A stretch of DNA of 64,000 nt from Candidatus Uhrbacteria bacterium (GCA_018673485.1 JABHCP010000011.1:5417-69416), one strand, 5' to 3'. Counted from the first letter of the stretch, positions 21,819 to 31,530 are shown. Notes: generated by a model from the letters alone, not told the origin. Translations and numbers: made by a program.

Positions 21819-22166
21819 CTCTAAATAACTTCTGATTTCACTTAACACATTCTCTAAATCGAAATAAATGTCCTGATTTGTGAATCGAATCACTTTAATT
21901 GAATTCTTATTAAAATATTGGGTTCTTATATCATCCAAGTTCTGTGCGCTTTGTTCAAAGTGTGAATCTCCATCGATCTCCACAATTAATTTCTTTGCAG
22001 GACAATAGAAGTCTACAATATATCGACCGATGCCATGCTGTCTGCGAAATCGATATCCGAGCTTAGATGACTTTAGGTGATTCCAGAGTTGGCGTTCTGC
22101 GATCGTTGAGTCTTGCCGGAGCTTTTTTCGAAGATCTTTCTGATCTCTTCTGTTAAAAACTTTCAT
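21816..22166 (-). CDS. DUF559 endonuclease-domain protein (Vsr/PD-(D/E)xK-like)
   Basis: YIVDFYCPAKKLIVEIDGDSH motif; gene bracketed by inverted copies of repeat R. Confidence 0.7.
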   Translation of the reverse strand: MKVFNRRDQKDLRKKLRQDSTIAERQLWNHLKSSKLGYRFRRQHGIGRYIVDFYCPAKKLIVEIDGDSHFEQSAQNLDDIRTQYFNKNSIKVIRFTNQDIYFDLENVLSEIRSYLE

Positions 22167-22170
22167 AAAA

Positions 22171-22213
22171 TAACGGCAACCTCCCCTAGCCCCTCCTTGG
22201 GAAGGAGGGGGAC
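22171..22213 (-). repeat. GC-rich palindromic repeat R2 (inverse orientation of R1)
   Basis: reverse complement gtccccctccttcccaaggaggggctaggggaggttgccgtta; abuts DUF559 start codon and encodes last 9 codons plus TAG stop of lgt. Confidence 0.75.
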
Positions 22214-23061
22214 TTTAGAACTATATAGATAAACCAACCGATTGAATATACGATGAAAGGCACGCTCAACCACTGGCCCATAGTAAGTCCGGCCTCGAGT
22301 GTGTGGTATTCCTTTACGAATTCGATGAGGAAACGTGTTGAAAAATAGAGAAAAATAAAAGTATGGGTCGGAACTAAATTGAAACCTCCCCACTTCCCCT
22401 GCCTCGCCGGCAGGCAGGCAAGGGGGGACAGAGGGGGGTTGCCGTCATTCGATTTCCTATACATCCACAGCAAAACTCCAAAGATCGCAAAAGCTATCAA
22501 CGCCTCATAAATCTGAGAAGGGTGCCGACCAATCGCACTGAGCTCGAAAAGAGGGAATTGCACTGCCCATGGCAGATCAGTAGCACGTCCAACAATCTCG
22601 GAGTTAAAGAAGTTACCGATACGAATAAACCCAGCAACAAGCGGAATCGGAACTACAAGCAGGTCAGCGTACCTGCGCCACTCGACCCTCCCCCTTCCCA
22701 AGGGGGAGCTGGAGGGGGTTGCCGTTATTCGCATGTAAACCACAAACGCGACTATCAATCCAAAAGTCATCCCATGACTCGACAACCCACCGTGATGGAT
22801 CATGATTACCTCGATTGGATTAGACAGGTAGTAATCGAGATTATAAAAAACAATGTGCCCGATGCGCGCACCAAGGAGTCCACCAATGGTAAGCCATACT
22901 CCGACATTTAAAGCATCATCTGGATTAAGTCCTCTAGATTTAAATAGTTTCATCAAAATCCACAGAGCCAAGCCAGCACTCATACCCAAGAATAGTCCGT
23001 ACCACCGGATTTCAAAAACGCCAACTTCCAGCAAAACTGGGTCGATATTGTTAATAAACAT
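22186..23061 (-). CDS. lgt: prolipoprotein diacylglyceryl transferase carrying two in-frame repeat-derived insertions
   Basis: Lgt signature GFIRIGNFFNSE and conserved H/Y/R positions; two segments (R3, R4) without counterpart in Lgt from other bacteria as recalled. Confidence 0.8.
   Translation of the reverse strand: MFINNIDPVLLEVGVFEIRWYGLFLGMSAGLALWILMKLFKSRGLNPDDALNVGVWLTIGGLLGARIGHIVFYNLDYYLSNPIEVIMIHHGGLSSHGMTFGLIVAFVVYMRITATPSSSPLGRGRVEWRRYADLLVVPIPLVAGFIRIGNFFNSEIVGRATDLPWAVQFPLFELSAIGRHPSQIYEALIAFAIFGVLLWMYRKSNDGNPPLSPLACLPARQGKWGGFNLVPTHTFIFLYFSTRFLIEFVKEYHTLEAGLTMGQWLSVPFIVYSIGWFIYIVLKSPSFPRRG
22386..22448 (+). repeat. repeat R3 (long variant with nested cctgcc...ggcagg hairpin) inside lgt frame, 63 nt
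   Basis: ctccccacttcccctgcctcgccggcaggcaggcaaggggggacagaggggggttgccgtcatt; translates as DGNPPLSPLACLPARQGKWGG within Lgt. Confidence 0.7.
22688..22728 (+). repeat. repeat R4 inside lgt frame
   Basis: ctcccccttcccaagggggagctggagggggttgccgttat; translates as TATPSSSPLGRGRVEW within Lgt. Confidence 0.7.
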
Positions 23062-23063
23062 AT

Positions 23064-23297
23064 CTATAAAATTATAAACAAAGATGCGATCACGATCACA
23101 GCGGCGAGCACCATCGAGCAGCCTCCAGAGCGCTCAAAAAGCACTTTACGCGGGTGCGGAGCGCCAAAGCGCTTAATAGGTCGAAGTGGCCGACGTCTAA
23201 GCCCATGAAGCCTTTTCCTAGAACCTCTTCTGGGCCCTCCAACCTTACCTATCTTTCCCATCGGTCGATTACGTTTCATATAATTGAAGTATATCAA
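23064..23297 (-). CDS. small Arg-rich protein with C-terminal TM helix, hypothetical
   Basis: ORF only, immediately upstream of lgt. Confidence 0.3.
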   Translation of the reverse strand: MIYFNYMKRNRPMGKIGKVGGPRRGSRKRLHGLRRRPLRPIKRFGAPHPRKVLFERSGGCSMVLAAVIVIASLFIIL

Positions 23298-23349
23298 ACT
23301 CTTGCTCTACCAACAGAACCATGATATAGTTTTCGCGCAATTCAAAACA

Positions 23350-23424
23350 ATCCGGGGTAGCTCAGCGGCAGAGCAGCTGACTGTTAATCAGCGGGTCGTG
23401 GGTTCGAACCCCACCCCCGGAGCC
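23350..23424 (+). tRNA. tRNA-Asn (anticodon GTT), CCA encoded
   Basis: acceptor tccgggg/ccccgga, anticodon loop ctGTTaa, T-loop ttcgaac. Confidence 0.85.
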
Positions 23425-24961
23425 AAGTGGAACGATCAGTAGAAGTGCTGATCGTTTTACTTTTGAGTGATGCTAAATCTAGCACGTAATTAAAAGGTTT
23501 TCTTAACTCAAAGACCAGTTCTCGATCCTTCATTTTCGGGTTCTGAACAAGGAAATTTATGAATTGCTGTTTTTCGTGCAATTCAGAACCGTCAAAGATT
23601 TCCTTAGCTCTGCGTGCAACAGAAAGTACTGTACCTACAGTTGTTTTATAGTCGTAGTCTGCTTTTGAGTGTTCTTCTAGTTCAATTCCGAGTTGCTGTA
23701 TGCGGTCATTGAGCTGCTGCAACTTTTTGTCATAGTCTTGCTTAGTAATACTCGGTTCTGGCTTTGTGATCTCATCTAAATAGAAGTCCAGTAACGCATC
23801 TTTTCTTTGCGTTAGCATATTGTGATCTTTTTGGATGCGTGCAACTTGTGCCTTGTGAAAACGTACTTCAGCCTCAGAGGTCTTTCTAAGCTCTTCTACG
23901 AGCTTCTGTTGGGTCTTTTCGGTTATTGTACCGAATCGATCGAGTAATTCATTTATCGGCTGTAGAAGAACTTCCTCATTCACGTATTGTCGTTTACAGT
24001 TACCCTTGGAATTGGTACAGCTATAGTAATTCCGTTTCCAGCCATTTTTTTTACGTTTTTCTTCTGGCGATATAGCACAGCCACAATCAGCACAGGTGAG
24101 TAGACCTGCAAAGATAAAATCCTTCGTTGGTTGCTTGCTACGAGTTTTTCTACGCTTATTACTCACATCCTTACATTTATCAAAGAGTTTTCTGTCAATG
24201 AGTCGAGAATATGGATGTGGGTGTCTTGAATCATACTTCTTAGAATAAAAAATTCCGTAATAATATGACTCGTTTAATATTCTGTGGATTGTGCTAGGTG
24301 AAAGAGGGTTTCCTTTTCTGCTTCTCAGTCCTAGATTCTCAACCTCAGCAGCGATAGATTTTAGTGAATGTAGACCCGTAGCGTACATTTCAAAGATTTT
24401 GATAATTAGGTGCGCACGTTTTGGATCAGGAATAATAGTTTTGTTACCAGATAAATCCTCTGTATTCAAATACCCAATAGGGCAATAGCCCATTGTTTCA
24501 CCTTTACGACGCTTTGTTTCAAATGCTCGCTTTACATTGTCCGAAATAACGTTCGAATAATAACCTGCCATTACGAGATTCATTTCGAAATGCGTTTTCT
24601 GACCAGCAGATAGATCTGAGTTAATAACTTGTCCATCAGAAACAAAATGAAGTTCAATCTTTCCAGCTTTAGCCTGTTCATAGAGTTCAGCAACTCTACG
24701 ATCAAAGATGTTTCTAGAAAAACGATCAACTTTGTCAAAACAGACGGCAATTTTTTCGTCCGTCTGTTTCAAATAGTCCAGTATCTTGTCAAATTCATCT
24801 CGTTTTGTTTTGTAGGCACTTTCGTCGAAACTGAATGTTTCTGCGACTTCAAATTGCTTTCTTTCGCAATAATCTTCGATGCGCTTAATCTGTGCTGGGA
24901 GTGAATTGCCAGCATCTTTTTGTTCTTCGGTAGATACCCGTGCGAGGATTACTGCTTTCAT
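23384..24961 (-). CDS. large serine recombinase (phage-integrase type)
   Basis: N-terminal resolvase catalytic domain AVILARVSTEEQ, recombinase domain, zinc ribbon CADCGCA, coiled-coil; C-terminal 14 codons overlap tRNA-Asn. Confidence 0.85.
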   Translation of the reverse strand: MKAVILARVSTEEQKDAGNSLPAQIKRIEDYCERKQFEVAETFSFDESAYKTKRDEFDKILDYLKQTDEKIAVCFDKVDRFSRNIFDRRVAELYEQAKAGKIELHFVSDGQVINSDLSAGQKTHFEMNLVMAGYYSNVISDNVKRAFETKRRKGETMGYCPIGYLNTEDLSGNKTIIPDPKRAHLIIKIFEMYATGLHSLKSIAAEVENLGLRSRKGNPLSPSTIHRILNESYYYGIFYSKKYDSRHPHPYSRLIDRKLFDKCKDVSNKRRKTRSKQPTKDFIFAGLLTCADCGCAISPEEKRKKNGWKRNYYSCTNSKGNCKRQYVNEEVLLQPINELLDRFGTITEKTQQKLVEELRKTSEAEVRFHKAQVARIQKDHNMLTQRKDALLDFYLDEITKPEPSITKQDYDKKLQQLNDRIQQLGIELEEHSKADYDYKTTVGTVLSVARRAKEIFDGSELHEKQQFINFLVQNPKMKDRELVFELRKPFNYVLDLASLKSKTISTSTDRSTWLRGWGSNPRPAD

Positions 24962-26115
24962 AATTTCAAAAGGTTTTCAAGGAAGTCATTGCCGTTATTC
25001 AAATCAATAGCATTGTTTGGTTTCTTGATAAGTTTTCGTATTGTTTCTCCTTTGAATTGCGTAACGCCACGAGAATTTCTGCCCGCCCAATGTTTTAATA
25101 CGATTGTATTTTTTAGAAGGTCTTTTTGGAAAATTGATACAAGTACCTGATTAGCGATCCCGTCTGGCTCAATGCCTATAAAGTAGAAAAGGAAGACACT
25201 TTGTTCTTTAGAAAGAAATTCAAGTAATTTATCGATATTGTAGGCCTTTGGATTTGAATTTAGAACAAGAACCTTTGTTTTAATGTCTGTACACGTCTTA
25301 AAGTCATCAAAATTTCGCAAATAATCACCAAGTTGGTTGTTGGTGGAAAATTTCTTTACCTTAGTACTTTGATCTTTAATAGCTTTTACTATTTCCTGCT
25401 TTACGTTATCGTCGTTGCCCGCTATTAGATATTCAATAAGTCGCCCTCTGAGATTCACGTTCTCAATGAAGCTAGCTAGGAGGATTTCATTTCTGTATTT
25501 ATTACATCGCTCGTCAAGATCTTTTTTGAGAGTCAAGTAATCATTAGAATGTGAAAAATCGATCGATCGTTCTACTGCATTTGTAATATTACTTAATTCT
25601 TCTGAATCAGGCTGAAACTTCCTTCCACTTGCAACGATATCATTGGTAGCCGAAACCAGCCTTGCCAGATTTCCTTCAAAGCCAATCTCTTTATGGATTG
25701 CAAATAGCTCATCAAAATTGCTTGGCTCATTCGAGATTCCATTAAATGTCTTTTCAATATCAGAACCATTAAAGCTACCCCTGATATTATCGATTCTCAG
25801 CTCTTGAGAACTGTGACTAATTTTTTTCAGAAATGTAGAATTTGCCAGCATTAGGTAGTTTTTTTCAGGGGTAGCAAGGCAGACTATAAAAGGAAGTTCA
25901 TCGAATTTATGAAGGTTAGATAGAGATAGAACCGTGTTTGAAAAACTTTTACTTTTAGATGAACTGAACCTGATTGCAAATTCATCATTGTAATATACAG
26001 ACCTGTCTTTTGTTAGTGAAAACCTTTCCGAAACAAGCTTAGCTAGGCTAGATTTATTCATCTTGCCTGCACTGCCGTTTATTACCTCTAATAGGTCTTT
26101 TATAAAATTCATCAT
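24958..26115 (-). CDS. putative Type II restriction endonuclease (by operon context)
   Basis: 385-aa ORF immediately downstream of and overlapping the methyltransferase gene; no recognised motif. Confidence 0.35.
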   Translation of the reverse strand: MMNFIKDLLEVINGSAGKMNKSSLAKLVSERFSLTKDRSVYYNDEFAIRFSSSKSKSFSNTVLSLSNLHKFDELPFIVCLATPEKNYLMLANSTFLKKISHSSQELRIDNIRGSFNGSDIEKTFNGISNEPSNFDELFAIHKEIGFEGNLARLVSATNDIVASGRKFQPDSEELSNITNAVERSIDFSHSNDYLTLKKDLDERCNKYRNEILLASFIENVNLRGRLIEYLIAGNDDNVKQEIVKAIKDQSTKVKKFSTNNQLGDYLRNFDDFKTCTDIKTKVLVLNSNPKAYNIDKLLEFLSKEQSVFLFYFIGIEPDGIANQVLVSIFQKDLLKNTIVLKHWAGRNSRGVTQFKGETIRKLIKKPNNAIDLNNGNDFLENLLKL

Positions 26116-26117
26116 AT

Positions 26118-27056
26118 TTATTTCTGATCAGACAAGGAATTGCGTTCCCAAAACACACCGTCTTTATATCCTTGAATATCTGGTGATTCATCGGCCATGG
26201 TCAACCTTTTTTCAGCCAAGCAACAATATTCCTCGTTTAATTCAATTCCTATATATTTTCTACCAAGCTTTTTGGCAACAACGGCAGTTGTGCCTGATCC
26301 GATAAATGGATCTAAAACTAAATCATTTTCATTGGTTGAAGCTAATATGGTTTTAGCGACAAGCTTTTCTGGTTTTTGAGTTGGGTGATCGGTATTTTCT
26401 GGCATTGACCAAAAGGGGATCGTTATATCCGTCCATAAGTTGGAAGGGTGTGTGAGTCTGAATTTCTGACCTGCTTCGTGTTGCCAATCTTTCGCTTCTC
26501 CATTGACACGATAAGGTGCAATGACTTTTCTTTTAAGTTTCACAGCATCAACATTGAAAATATAGTCACTAGATAATGTTGCAAACCAGACATCTTCAGA
26601 ACAATTTTTCCAGTTTGATTTAGCTCCTCTACCTTTTTCACGTTCCCAAGTTATTCGGTTCTGCACGATTACATGCCTCTTCAGTACATTAAAAATCGCT
26701 TGAGACGTTTTCCAATCACAACAAACATAAATGGAGGCTGTCGTCTTTAATTTTGGTAAAAGTAGAAGAAACCAATTTTCAAAGATACTTTCATATTTTG
26801 ACTGTTTTGTTTGTTTGAACGTGTTGTTACCATAGTCCTTTGTGAGGTTGTATGGCGGATCGAGAAACAGGAGATCGACAGAATTATCCTCAACCAATCC
26901 AATCCCATCTTCCATGCTAAGATTGATAATCTTATTGAGTGGACTAGTATTCTTGCTGGATTTTGAGAGTAAATGTTTTTTTAGATCGCTTATTTCTTCT
27001 TCAGCAACGAATGTAGTCCGATTATTTTTTGCCCGTTTTTTTTCGTAATTTTTCAT
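26118..27056 (-). CDS. beta-class DNA methyltransferase (N6-adenine or N4-cytosine)
   Basis: motif IV DPPY (LLFLDPPYNL) N-terminal to motif I (DPFIGSGTT) = beta permutation. Confidence 0.8.
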   Translation of the reverse strand: MKNYEKKRAKNNRTTFVAEEEISDLKKHLLSKSSKNTSPLNKIINLSMEDGIGLVEDNSVDLLFLDPPYNLTKDYGNNTFKQTKQSKYESIFENWFLLLLPKLKTTASIYVCCDWKTSQAIFNVLKRHVIVQNRITWEREKGRGAKSNWKNCSEDVWFATLSSDYIFNVDAVKLKRKVIAPYRVNGEAKDWQHEAGQKFRLTHPSNLWTDITIPFWSMPENTDHPTQKPEKLVAKTILASTNENDLVLDPFIGSGTTAVVAKKLGRKYIGIELNEEYCCLAEKRLTMADESPDIQGYKDGVFWERNSLSDQK

Positions 27057-27060
27057 AATG

Positions 27061-27240
27061 TTACTTTTTTGAATCCTCTAAAAATTTACTAAAATCCTTC
27101 TTCATAATTCTGTATTCTTTACCAATCTTATAAGCATTTAGTCTCCTTGATTTTATGTATCGGTAGATTGTCATGATATTAACCTGCAATAGCTCTGCAA
27201 GATCTTCGGCTTTATAGAACTCTTTTTCTTTCTTGGCCAT
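27061..27240 (-). CDS. excisionase-family helix-turn-helix DNA-binding protein (59 aa; not in ORF track)
   Basis: MAKKEKEFYKAEDLAELLQVNIMTIYRYIKSRRLNAYKIGKEYRIMKKDFSKFL matches excisionase/MerR-type HTH pattern; sits 5 nt upstream of methyltransferase. Confidence 0.55.
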   Translation of the reverse strand: MAKKEKEFYKAEDLAELLQVNIMTIYRYIKSRRLNAYKIGKEYRIMKKDFSKFLEDSKK

Positions 27241-27256
27241 ACTCTAATATTATACT

Positions 27257-27520
27257 TTACTTTTCTTTACAGAGCCAGTTATCTAAAACCCCTTTGCCAT
27301 TCTTAAAATCTTCGTCAATGTCATCCCATTGACCGTCCGAGTTGTCGATAGCATCTTTTCCAGCGTGGTACATCATGTCCATGACCGCTGAATCGACCTT
27401 CTCATTTTCTATCAAGGCCATTTTCATTCTATTTAGTTCAAGGGGACTTAGACGTCTGTCTAGATTAGCCTCAAGAAAATCCTGAGCATAGTCCTCCCAT
27501 AGATAAAATAAGCAATCCAT
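27257..27520 (-). CDS. hypothetical acidic protein
   Basis: ORF only. Confidence 0.4.
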   Translation of the reverse strand: MDCLFYLWEDYAQDFLEANLDRRLSPLELNRMKMALIENEKVDSAVMDMMYHAGKDAIDNSDGQWDDIDEDFKNGKGVLDNWLCKEK

Positions 27521-27523
27521 ATA

Positions 27524-28642
27524 TTATTTGTTAATTCTTAATGGTTTATAGTTATTTATTTGATACTCTAAGTCTTTTACCCAATTGCGCAATCTGCCAG
27601 CTGACACAATCTCGCTTATTGATCTATATTCACAAATAAGCCTACTCCAAGTTCGAGTGTCAGCTTTTTTACATATAACCTCTCTCAGTTCCCGTAATCC
27701 GTTGCTTGATTGAGCCATGAGGATTATGCCAGTTAGAAAGATTAGCTGCTTTGGCTTTGTGCTTGGCTTATTGGCGGAGATTCGTTTTAGAAGTTCAATT
27801 GGACTTAATTCAAGCATGAATGAAGCCAAATTTTTTGATTTAACAATATTATTCCAATAGGTCATTAAGACTTCATTGCTAATTTTTGAGCTGAATATAT
27901 CCTTAAAGCATGGGTTCTGCGTAAGTTTAAGTTGCCTAAATACTGAATTCATTTTCTGCTTCTTAGATAGCCTGACCTCCATTCGCAGTACCTCTCTAGC
28001 ATCATTCCTGTTTTTCAGCTCATCAAATAGACTTGTTTGATAGGCTGTTCGATCACGGTCGATTGCTCGTTTTTTACCTTTATTCAAGTCAGCTATTTTG
28101 TCGTAAAAAACTAGTTCATGTGAAGATGTGTGGCAGCAAAGACTTTGACCATCATTGATATATCTAGCTCTTGCGAAATCAAAGCTCTTTCTTAAATCGA
28201 TCCGTCCTATTTGTGAAAGTATGTTCGTTGAAGTTTGCCCTCCCGACAGCATGATATTTCGGCTGTAATGCACAGATGTCACAGGGGCTTCAATTAAGTA
28301 CTTTTTGAATATGGTGACTCCCATACGTCGTAGCCTGTCTTGCAAAGTATCAATGACTTGATCAAAATCCTTATCTGCAAGTTCGTCAAGATTATTTAAG
28401 AAAAGTAGCTTTGGTGCAGAGAATTCAATTTTAATTTGCTGTTCAGGTTGGTATTTTCTGCTATATGCAGTAATTCTAGGGAAGTAAAGTCCAGTATCCT
28501 TTTCGGATTTAGAAGGGTTTCTTACATGTTTCGTGTAATGCTCAGTCCGTGAATATAAATTCCAATTGGGAATCATATTATTGTTTTCATCCATAAGAAT
28601 GATGTTTCGCTCAGGAATGCTCAGACATACGGTATCAATCAT
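27524..28642 (-). CDS. putative rolling-circle replication initiator (Rep_trans-like)
   Basis: HELVFYDK motif resembling the catalytic-Tyr YDK block of Rep_trans family; context in mobile element. Confidence 0.35.
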   Translation of the reverse strand: MIDTVCLSIPERNIILMDENNNMIPNWNLYSRTEHYTKHVRNPSKSEKDTGLYFPRITAYSRKYQPEQQIKIEFSAPKLLFLNNLDELADKDFDQVIDTLQDRLRRMGVTIFKKYLIEAPVTSVHYSRNIMLSGGQTSTNILSQIGRIDLRKSFDFARARYINDGQSLCCHTSSHELVFYDKIADLNKGKKRAIDRDRTAYQTSLFDELKNRNDAREVLRMEVRLSKKQKMNSVFRQLKLTQNPCFKDIFSSKISNEVLMTYWNNIVKSKNLASFMLELSPIELLKRISANKPSTKPKQLIFLTGIILMAQSSNGLRELREVICKKADTRTWSRLICEYRSISEIVSAGRLRNWVKDLEYQINNYKPLRINK

Positions 28643-28842
28643 AAGATTCAGGGTTAATTCTCTTGTCTACGGATATCAAGAGATCGAAGAAGCTAACTAA
28701 AGACTCAAAATCAGGTGCTTCTGATTCATCTTCAATATCTTTAGGTTGTTCTTCTTGTTGATTTAACATAAAAGCCAAGAGCTTTTGCTCCCAGCTTAAA
28801 TGAACGGCTATTTATAAATGTTTGTCTTAATTTATAAACGAT

Positions 28843-29997
28843 TTATAAATCTGGATTTTTATATCGGGGATTGATTCTAAATTTCATAGTTGACCCTTCG
28901 ATGAAATCATCAATTCCTGTAATTCGGTCAACCTCATCATTTATTTTACTCTTTGCGTAATATACTTTATTTTTTGAAGCACGTTGTCGATCATCCTTGG
29001 TGAGACCCCAATCTTCTAAGATTTCTCCACGTTCCATCCATTCATCGTCCTCAGCTTTCATTAAAGATTCCATTAGCCTAGCTGCATCGGTCTTTTTATT
29101 TCCTTTTTGCAGCAAGATCTCCTCATCTGCGAAAGTAATCCGACCCGAATCCTCATCGTAGCATTCAACAACTTGAGAGGGATTATCTTTACGATAGTTG
29201 GAGTCAAGCTCATAAATAAATATATCATTTAATACGAGATTGATTTTGATTCTGCGAATGTCGTCTTTTCTCGCATACTCTTTTTCTGGCCAAAAATCTT
29301 GCACTCCCAAATAGCCCATTTTCTCTAAAGCAAAACAGATCTGTAGCAGTGAAAAGTCGGGCAATGTTTTTGGATTACCGTAGTTGTCAATTTCATCTGA
29401 GACTATAAAGTTATATCCGTAGGTAGTTAGCATTTTTTCCTTCTCGATCTTACGCATTAAAACAAATTTCTGCATCTCAAAAGCGTAAAAATTCTTTCTA
29501 TCAACTAAAAGCCTATCCTCTACAAAGTCCTCCAAGTATTCATCAATTTTCTTGCCTAGTTTAGCTAGAGCCTCCTTGTCTATATTTTTCACTTCAAAAA
29601 CAGCTTTTTTGTAAACTTCCACCCAGACCCAAGAAAGCTGACTGACACGATCTATCGATATAGGCTTTGATTGCTTGATTAGCTCTAAGGTTTTATCAAT
29701 TTCTTTACGTTGTTTATTATTCTTCTTTGCCAATTCATCCGCATCTAATCTTGATTCTATATCAGCAACCTTTCTCACAGTTACTTTCAAATTGAGGCTA
29801 CGGCAAATATTTTCAATATCGCAATAAACGGTTCCTGGATCCTCACCATAATATCGTAAATCCCATAGGGTAAATCCATGCTTCGTTTTGGGGTACTCGC
29901 TCTCACTTTCTTTCTTTTCACTACAAAAATCATAAAGGCACCTAAACCTAAAGAACCTTTCGTCTGTTAGAAATTTTTTGCTATATTCAAAGCTCAT
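28843..29997 (-). CDS. hypothetical protein
   Basis: 384-aa ORF, divergent from nuclease gene with shared operator. Confidence 0.5.
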   Translation of the reverse strand: MSFEYSKKFLTDERFFRFRCLYDFCSEKKESESEYPKTKHGFTLWDLRYYGEDPGTVYCDIENICRSLNLKVTVRKVADIESRLDADELAKKNNKQRKEIDKTLELIKQSKPISIDRVSQLSWVWVEVYKKAVFEVKNIDKEALAKLGKKIDEYLEDFVEDRLLVDRKNFYAFEMQKFVLMRKIEKEKMLTTYGYNFIVSDEIDNYGNPKTLPDFSLLQICFALEKMGYLGVQDFWPEKEYARKDDIRRIKINLVLNDIFIYELDSNYRKDNPSQVVECYDEDSGRITFADEEILLQKGNKKTDAARLMESLMKAEDDEWMERGEILEDWGLTKDDRQRASKNKVYYAKSKINDEVDRITGIDDFIEGSTMKFRINPRYKNPDL

Positions 29998-29999
29998 GG

Positions 30000-30039
30000 C
30001 TATACTTTACTCCATGCAGTAAACAATAGTAAAGTATAG
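30000..30039. promoter_or_regulatory. operator-like inverted repeat ctatactttact-N16-agtaaagtatag in 48-bp divergent intergenic region
   Basis: 12-bp perfect arms; third half-site tatactttact at 27251-27261. Confidence 0.55.
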
Positions 30040-30045
30040 ATCAAT

Positions 30046-31530
30046 ATGCACATCACAAAAACTGACTATCTTGAATATACCTATTGCAAAAAGAATCTCT
30101 GGCTTAAAAAGTATAAACCAGAGCTTTTTGATGGAGTTGAGCTATCCGAGTTTGAGAAGAAGATTATAAAAGAAGGTAATGATGCGGATGAAGCGGCTCG
30201 GAATTTGTTTCCTGATGGTGAATTAGTAGAAATAGTAGGAGTAAATGGCATTCCAATAACAAAAGTATTTCTAGCTAGGAATACATCAACTATCTTTCAA
30301 GGAGCTTTTGAGCATGATGAATTCTTCATTCAAGCTGATGTATTGAAATATAACGATGTTTTGAAAGGTTGGGAGTTGTATGAGGTTAAGGCGACTAATG
30401 ACGTCAAAAGAACTATTCCGCATCATCATGTAAACGACTTGGCTTTTCAGAAGACTGTTATTGAAAATAACGGCGTAGAAATCGTGAAGGCTGGAGTCAT
30501 ACACCTTAATGGCGAGTATAGAAAGCTAAAGAAAGTGAATTACGATGAGCTATTTATTATTGCAGATTTAACAGATGAGGTGCTTGAGGCTCAAGATGAG
30601 GTTAAGCAACAAATGGCTGACCTGAAAACCTATTTGCACATGCCAGAGGAGAAGGGTTGTGAATGCTTGTACAGAGGAAATAATGCTCAATGTACGACTT
30701 TTGAATATTCAAATCCAGACGTGCCAGAGTATTCAGTCCATAATATAAATAGAATTGGTGGAAGTAAAAAGCTGTTTTACGACTGGATTGATCGGGGGAT
30801 ATACCATATTGCAGATATAGATAATCCTGAGAAGCTCACAGGCGCTAAAAAAGCGCAGTATAACGCTTACATGGCTGGAAAGCCGACAGTTGACCATGGA
30901 GCGATAAAAGAAGCGTTAGACGGGCTTACATTCCCTTTGCAGTTCTTTGACTATGAGGGATACTCAAGTGCCATTCCTAGATTTAGAGGCTTTGGTGCAT
31001 ATGAGCAAGTTCCTTTTCAATACTCACTCCATATTTTGCATGAAGACGGTAAGTTGGAGCATAAAGAATACCTAATTACCGATCCGCAAGACGATCTGAC
31101 TCTGCCTTTGATTGAGCAGATGAAAAAAGACTTTGATGAAAATGGCTCGGTAATTTCATGGTACAAGTCTTACGAGTCTCAACGCAATAATAAACTTGCT
31201 GAGCTTCATCCTAATCATGCTGATTTTCTTGAAGCGATGAACGACAGGATGTTTGACTTGATGACGATATTCTCAAAAAATATGTACGTCGACGCTGCAT
31301 TTAAGGGTAGCGCTAGTATTAAGAATGTTTTACCAGTGCTGGTACCTGAGTTGTCTTATAACGCTCTGAATGTACAAAAAGGTGATCAGGCCGTTGAGCG
31401 TTGGGAGAAGATGATCGACTCGAATACACCTAAGGAAGAAAAAGAGCAAATCGCCAAAGATTTGCTCGAATATTGTAAGCTAGACACGATGGCCATGGTT
31501 GAAATTTATAGGTTTTTACTGAGACTGTGA
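30046..31530 (+). CDS. Cas4/RecB-like PD-(D/E)xK nuclease fused to RNase H-like/DEDD-like domain (DUF2779-like)
   Basis: N-terminus TDYLEYTYCKKNLWLKKY resembles Cas4 start; Cys cluster CECLYRGNNAQC; C-terminal FFDYEGYS exonuclease-like motif. Confidence 0.45.
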   Translation: MHITKTDYLEYTYCKKNLWLKKYKPELFDGVELSEFEKKIIKEGNDADEAARNLFPDGELVEIVGVNGIPITKVFLARNTSTIFQGAFEHDEFFIQADVLKYNDVLKGWELYEVKATNDVKRTIPHHHVNDLAFQKTVIENNGVEIVKAGVIHLNGEYRKLKKVNYDELFIIADLTDEVLEAQDEVKQQMADLKTYLHMPEEKGCECLYRGNNAQCTTFEYSNPDVPEYSVHNINRIGGSKKLFYDWIDRGIYHIADIDNPEKLTGAKKAQYNAYMAGKPTVDHGAIKEALDGLTFPLQFFDYEGYSSAIPRFRGFGAYEQVPFQYSLHILHEDGKLEHKEYLITDPQDDLTLPLIEQMKKDFDENGSVISWYKSYESQRNNKLAELHPNHADFLEAMNDRMFDLMTIFSKNMYVDAAFKGSASIKNVLPVLVPELSYNALNVQKGDQAVERWEKMIDSNTPKEEKEQIAKDLLEYCKLDTMAMVEIYRFLLRL

